NCBI RefSeq assembly: GCF_009834535.1
Contig: NC_045710.1
Span: forward strand, 29,574,001 to 29,638,000
Source: Camelus ferus
Lineage: Eukaryota
Reading direction: 5' to 3'
Length of the DNA stretch: 64,000 bases
The translations under genes were made by a program, and so were the position numbers. Position 1 is the stretch's first letter. Every line of letters begins with the position of its first letter. This document shows positions 58,644 to 64,000 of the stretch, one piece after another. Under the pieces are notes generated by a model, which did not search any database, had not been told where the DNA came from, and saw nothing but the letters and a program-made list of their open reading frames with translations.

Positions 58644-59596
58644 AGTACCCCCTATCCACTCAACCCTTAGACTGAATGTGTCTCACACCGGCCATTTTCT
58701 TAGTCTACATCAAAATGATTCAACTAGACCCAGCAAAAACAAAAGCTGATGACTTTCACTGCCCTAAGCCTCACTTGGGCTCCCGAAGTTGTGTTACTAG
58801 CCTAGTTAGACACCAAGAAGAATCCCAAGAGGAAACAATCTTAGATTGAAAGAAGTGAAGGAAACAATGGGCAATATCAAGGAGATGGCAAAAATCCCCA
58901 GGACACCAAGTGCCACATACCAGATGTCAAGCCTTGCTTACTTTGGGAAGCTGCCAAGCACCTAATGAGCAAAAGAAGGGCTAGTTCAGATGCTTCTTTG
59001 AGAGAAATTAGCCAGGGAACAATTAAAAGCCTTGAATGAACAATTAGCCCAACTGCCAAAGACTTACAAACCCTACCTCAATCAAAACAGTTAACTGAAA
59101 TTACTAGCCTTTGGAGGGGAATTACTCCTTTTTAAAATCAGTGAGTATGTTATTAGGATGATGAAGAGCTGCAAGGAAAAGGTCAATAAAGCACTTACTC
59201 AGAAAGAAGAGGGCCAGACTCTGTATTCAAAGCCACGGTAATTAAATCAACAATGTATTTAGCCAACATGGGTATCCTTGAACTATTATGTTGAATATAA
59301 TGGGGTATTACTCACTGTTCTAAGTTATTGTGGCACACACAGGTTATCTACCAAACCCAGGCAGGGAAAAGAAGAAAATGGAAGCAAATGTAAACCAAAC
59401 AGTTTGCTATAGCCACCCAAATTCAGTCCTTAGAATGAGCATGAAATGGAGATCCCCAGATGTCATCAAGTTTGGTCTAGTTGGACACCATTGACTCTGA
59501 ATTAAAGGCATCCTTGCTTTCATGTTCATTGTACAATAGATGTTCAACAAGATGTAATTTTAACTGCACTATTTTGGATATTCTAATAATTTCGAC

Positions 59597-59816
59597 CAGT
59601 GATCCTCAAAGAGAAGCAAATTTGTCCCCAGAGGACATTTAGCAATGCCTGCAGACATTTTTATTTGTCACTCCTAGGGGGCAAGAGTGGTTGCTACTGG
59701 AATCTAGTAGGTAGAGGCCAAGGATGCTGCTAAACATCCTGCAATGTACAGGGCAGCCCCCACAGTAAAGAACTCCCCAAACAAAATGTCAACAGTGCCA
59801 ATGTTGAGAGACTTTG
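59597..59816 (+). mobile_element. MER20 (near full length)
   Basis: CAGTGATCCTCAA...GGACATTTAGCAATGCCTGCAGACATTTT...GTAGAGGCCAAGGATGCTGCTAAACATCCTGCAATGTACAGGGCAGCCCCCAC...TTGAGAGACTTTG. Confidence 0.93.
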
Positions 59817-60129
59817 ATTCAAATACACTCTTATTTGAAGTTTGATTTTGCTCCAACTACAATAAGAAAGGCTTTCTTGACAAATTAATGGCACTAACAT
59901 GACAAATGAAAATATTACTTTGAGTAACAAAATTACAGTATTTGAGAAACTTCCTTGCACGTCAACATTGAGTGTAACAATGACAATTTTTTTTCCTTAA
60001 AGCCAGGTATCAAGATTTTTAATTGGTAGTCTTTCATTAATTATTAGTTCTTCAGAGTATTAACACTATATGTCCATTCAAATCTTCCATACTTCAAATA
60101 TTTTTACTTATTAAGATTGAGTCTCTATA

Positions 60130-60391
60130 ATTCCTAACACAGCATGGTGACAATAGTTAACAAGACTATATTGTAGATTTGAAAGTTACTAAGAGTGTAG
60201 ATCATAAAAGTTCTCATCACAAGAAGAAACAAATTTGTAACTATGTGAGGTGATGGATGTTAATTAAACTTACAGTGATCATTTTCATATATATATATAT
60301 ATAAAATATTTTCATATGTATATATAATTATGTTCTACACCTAAAACTAATACAATGTTATATGTCAATTATATATCAATAATAAATAAAT
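60130..60391 (+). mobile_element. L1MA9/10-type 3' end
   Basis: ACAGCATGGTGACAATAGTTAA...AAAGTTCTCATCAC...GTAACTATGTGAGGTGATGGATGTTAATT...GTCAATTATATATCAATAA; TSD approximately AGATTGAGTCTCTATA / AGACTGAGTTTCTCTATA. Confidence 0.88.
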
Positions 60392-61039
60392 AGACTGAGT
60401 TTCTCTATAGCACTCAGCCAATTATTCAAAATTAGTGAGATTTCCCTTATTAATATAATTACCTAAATGTACATATAATTACCTAAAATGAACTAATGTA
60501 TTCATTTGTAAGTTAATCAAAATTCTCCTTAATGAGAACTCAACTAAAAAGAGATTATATCATTTTTATGTTTCTTTATCTAGTTAACTAATCTTCCATA
60601 GTTTCAAAAAATAGCAAAATACCACTTTGTCTCTTTGCCCAAAGAGACAGGAGCTAAATTTTTGGCTGAGGCTTAACTCTATTTTCTATTCCCAAGCATT
60701 CAACATTTATTACCTGAGAGATTTCTTTGTCAACAGAGCACAGTTACTGGAAGTATGTTTAGATTATATATGTTAATTCACATTTGACAAACTTGCCTCT
60801 CTGGTGCCTGCTGGGACACTAGCTAAATGTGTATCCTAGTTGTATTTATCCAAACTCCATAAACAGAAAATCCAAATCCCCACACAGGGCATAAAAACAT
60901 GAATTACATGATCAAGTGAGAGTTCCTGAGGGAAATGGCAGCTTCCAAGGGGAAAAAAATTATTCCAGGGTAAGTCACAATCTTTGATGAGTCATGTGTT
61001 TTTCACCTTGACTTTCTCCAGAGGGGTGAAGGAGCACTC

Positions 61040-61291
61040 TTTGAAAGAACATAGTAAACAAAAATGTAGGTAAATACAATAGTCTTTCCTTCTACTCTTG
61101 AGACTTCCAAATTATGTTTGATGGTAGAAATAAAAATTATAATACTGTCTGATATAGTTCTAACTGTACATAGAGGAAATATTTAAGACATCTTTATTAT
61201 AAATAAGGAGAAGAAAAGGGACATAAAGAAAGGTAATATTTTTATACCACATGAAAAACTGACAAAACAATGATACCAAGACTGTGATAAG

Positions 61292-61348
<57 letters not shown>

Positions 61349-61435
61349 AATACCTAAAGCAACCACTCTACACCAACCGCTGTGTAGAAAACCATTCTAA
61401 AAAGAGAAACACTCAAAGACACTATAAAGAAATTA
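61040..61435 (+). mobile_element. Old L1M inter-ORF region
   Basis: CTCTTGAGACTTCCAAATTATGTTTGATGG...GAGGAAATATTTAAGAC...GACTGTGATAAG...TAATACCTAAAGCAACCACT...ACACTCAAAGACACTATA. Confidence 0.75.
61293..61346. repeat. Compound microsatellite (TG)17(AG)10
   Basis: Directly seen. Confidence 0.95.
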
Positions 61436-63008
61436 AGAAAACCTATCAACAGAGACACAGATTACTATAAAAAGGAACTAGAAACTATAAAGAGGAGCCA
61501 ATTAAAATTAGAAAATTCATCTGCCAAGACAAAAGCTGAGCTAAAGGCAATAAATAGCAAATTGGATAATGCAGAAGAATGAAAAAGTGATTTGGAAGAT
61601 AAAATAATGGAAATCACCCAATCAGAACAGCAGACAGAAAGACAAATAAGAAAAATGTAAGCAATATACAAGGCCTATGGGATAATATAAAGCATCCCAA
61701 TCTACACATAATAGGGATCCCAGAAGGAGAAGAAAGAGAAAAGGGGATCAAAAATGTATTTGAAGAAATTATGGCTGAAAACTTCCCAAACTTAAAGAAG
61801 GAAACAGATATCCAGGTACAGGAAGCACAGAGGGTCCCAAATAAGATGAACCCAAAGAGACCTACACCAAGACATACTATAATTAAAAGAGCAAAAGTTA
61901 AAGATAAAGAGAGGATTCTAAATGCAGCAGGAGGAAAACAAAGAGTTAATTACTTTGTTTAAACTAATCAGCTTTAAAGTAATCAGCTGATTTCTACAGA
62001 AATCCCGCAGGCCAGAAGGGAGTGACATGATATATTCAAAGTCCTGAAAGGGAAAAATCTGCAACTTAAGATAGTCTACCCAGCAAGATTATCATTTAGA
62101 ATAGAAGGAGAGATAAAGAATTTCTCAAACAAGCAGAACTAAAAGAATAAAGCAATATTAAACCTACCCTAAAGGACATATTGAAATGTCTTCCTTAAAT
62201 AGAAAAGAAGCAAGAATATATAGGAAAGTGAAAATCACTACTGAAAAGTAAATCACTTAAATAAGCCAGTATAGAGATTTTTTTAAAAATCAAAAAAATT
62301 TTGGTGAAATTAATGATAACTACAATGGCCAGCAAAAGGATAAACATGAAGATGTAAAAGAGGACATCAAAATCATAAAATGTGGGGGAAGAGAGTAAAA
62401 CAATATTATAGATATTTCTTTTAGGATGTGTTTGAGCCTATATGGTTACCAGTCTATCACAGGTAGGTAAAATAATGGGTTAATATACTTGAAAAGCAGG
62501 GTAACCACAAATCAAATACATGCATTAGATTCACAAAAACCGAAAAGAAGAGAACACAAGCATAATACAAAAAAAAAAAAAAAAACCATCAAACCACAAA
62601 AAGAAAAGAAAAAAGAAAAAGAAAGGAACAAAGAAGAAATACAGAATCAACTGGAAAAAAAGGTTTAAAATGGCAATAAATACATATCTACCAATAATTA
62701 CCTACTAAGTAAGTAGTTAATGGACTTCTAAGTGAAGTAAGCCAGAAAAAGAACAAAAAATAACATATGATACCACTCATATGAGGAATCTATAAAAAAG
62801 AAAAGGAAAGGAAAAGAAAAAGAAAAAAAGGACACTAATGAATTCATCTACAAAAGAAACAGACCCGCAAAGTAAACAATCTTATGGTTACCAGGGAAAG
62901 AGGGTAAGAAGGCATAAATTTGGGAGTTTGAGATTTGCAAATGTTAATATAAAAATAGATTTTAAAATTGTCAATGGACTAAATGCTCCAATCAAAAGAC
63001 ATAGAGTG
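61436..63008 (+). pseudogene. Cetartiodactyl-type L1 internal fragment: decayed ORF1p (coiled-coil end, RRM, CTD), inter-ORF spacer and ORF2 N-terminus
   Basis: ORF 61771-61962 MAENFPNLKKETDIQVQEAQRVPNKMNPKRPTPRH.. is L1 ORF1p; YPARLSFRIEGEIKNF at about 62077; ORF2 start ATG 62670 (MAINTYLPIIT) resumes as NGLNAPIKRHRV at about 62973. Multiple stops and frameshifts. Confidence 0.92.
62727..62964 (+). mobile_element. Camelid L1 3'UTR fragment lacking the true 3' end, nested in the ORF2 start
   Basis: CTAAGTGAAGTAAGCCAG...GGACACTAATGAATTCATCTACAAAA...TAAATTTGGGAGTTTGAGATTTGCAAATGTTA; TSD approximately AAGTAGTTAATGGACT / AAATTGTCAATGGACT. Confidence 0.82.
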
Positions 63009-63644
63009 ATTTCACTGCAGATTTCTACTAAATGCTTAATAAAGAATTAACATCAATTTTACACATTCTCTTCCAGAATACAGAACAGAAAGAAATGGGT
63101 CCCAATTCATTTTATGCAGCTAGTATCACCCTAAAAATAAAACCAGACAAAGATAGTACCAAAAAAAAAAAAAAACTACAGACAAATATCTCTCATGAAC
63201 ATTGATACAATAATCCTTAATGCAATATTAGCAAATAGTTTTCAGTAATATAAAAAATGTATAGGCCATGATCAAGTGGGGCTTATTCCAAGGATGCAAG
63301 GTTGTTTCAATATTCTAAAATCAATCAAAATTATCCACCATATCATCAGGCTAAAGAAGAAAAAACACATGATCATATCAGTCAATACAGAAAAACACTG
63401 GACAAAATTCAACACCCATTCGTGATTGAGAAAAAACTCTCAGAAAAATAGGAATGGAGAACTACTTAAACTTGACTTAAAAAATCTACAGCACACTTAC
63501 AGCTCATATGATATTTAAAGGTAAAAAGCTTTCCTTCTAAGATGAGGATTGAGACAAAGATGTTCACTCTCACCACTTCTATTAAACATAGTACTGAAAG
63601 TTCTAGCCAACATATTACGGCAAGAAAAGGAAATAAAAGGCATA
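63009..63644 (+). mobile_element. Old L1M ORF2 Z/RT-domain region (decayed)
   Basis: CCAGACAAAGAT...AACTACAGACAAATATCTCTCATGAACATTGATACA (..NYRPISLMNID..), CATGATCAAGTGGGGCTTATTCCAAGGATGCAAGG (..HDQVGFIPGMQG..), CTCTCACCACTTCTATT (..LSPLLF..). Confidence 0.9.
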
Positions 63645-63645
63645 T

Positions 63646-64000
63646 GGAGGTGGAGGAGGCCAAGATGGCGGAGTAGAAGGAGCTTGTAACTCACCCTCTC
63701 CCACAAATGCACCAAGACATACATCCACAGACCTACTCAGCCAACCAGAGCACCTGCGGAACTCTGACAGAACATCGTCCTCTTCAAAAGAAAGAGATGC
63801 CAAAAATCTGGTAGGAGAAAAGGAAAAAATAAAGAAGAAAAAGCAAAACAGTGCAGGACTGGTCCCACGGGGAGTGAGCGGCAAAGGAGGACTGGCACTC
63901 GTTCGCTGAACCTCCCCCTCTCCAATGGAGAGGCCAGAGGGACGGAGGGGGAGCCTCCGAGGCTTGGATCTGTACAGAGCAGCCCTTGACCGACAGAACT
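63646..64000 (+). promoter_or_regulatory. 5'UTR/internal promoter of a young L1 that runs beyond the window
   Basis: GGAGGTGGAGGAGGCCAAGATGGCGGAGTAGAAGG is the canonical L1 5' start with a YY1 site (CAAGATGGCGG 63661-63671); CpG-retaining, GC-rich. Confidence 0.85.

Noticed and set aside
5294-60995. About a dozen AP-1 heptamers (TGA[C/G]TCA)
   Set aside because: About 8 are expected by chance on both strands; they are dispersed, not clustered.
1-64000. CRISPR arrays, prophage, operon-like gene systems, rRNA/snRNA genes or processed pseudogenes of cellular mRNAs
   Set aside because: No regularly spaced repeat-spacer arrays, no gene-dense coding regions, and no recognisable RNA-gene or mRNA-derived sequence were seen; the window is mammalian non-coding DNA.

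Overview
Mammalian, almost certainly camelid (camel/llama/alpaca), non-coding genomic DNA, either intronic or intergenic. The taxon call rests on seven copies of a tRNA-Ala(AGC)-derived SINE matching the camelid vic-1 type, plus cetartiodactyl-type L1s; I saw no Alu, B1, BovB/Bov-tA, PRE-1 or SINEC. About one third of the window is recognisable interspersed repeat by hand annotation: MIR, L2, several generations of L1, MaLR/ERV LTRs (MLT1D/F/J/K-like, MER31-like) and hAT/Tigger DNA transposons (MER58A, MER20, MER3, MER5A, MER81). I cannot identify any host protein-coding gene. The only listed ORF encoding recognisable protein in sense is a decayed L1 ORF1p piece; X-containing ORFs are artefacts of six N-runs. 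There is no CRISPR array, prophage, rRNA or functional tRNA gene, and I found no convincing novel biological system. The points worth following up are: (i) atypical L1 insertion or repair events (a twin-primed 5' inversion, an L1 internal segment replacing older L1 sequence without TSD or poly(A), an internally primed 3'-truncated L1, a filler-DNA capture, and two templated-insertion scars); (ii) unique, CpG-retaining or motif-dense stretches that look like cis-regulatory elements (CRE/CCAAT/BANP-like cluster at about 9.2 kb, K50-homeodomain clusters at about 40.2 kb and 53.4-54.5 kb, CpG-rich block at 44.5-45.2 kb); (iii) isolated exon-like segments with good splice signals; (iv) a young L1 5'UTR at the right edge that may begin a full-length element. 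Repeat subfamily names come from my recollection of consensus sequences and need RepeatMasker/Dfam confirmation; boundaries of old repeats are approximate.
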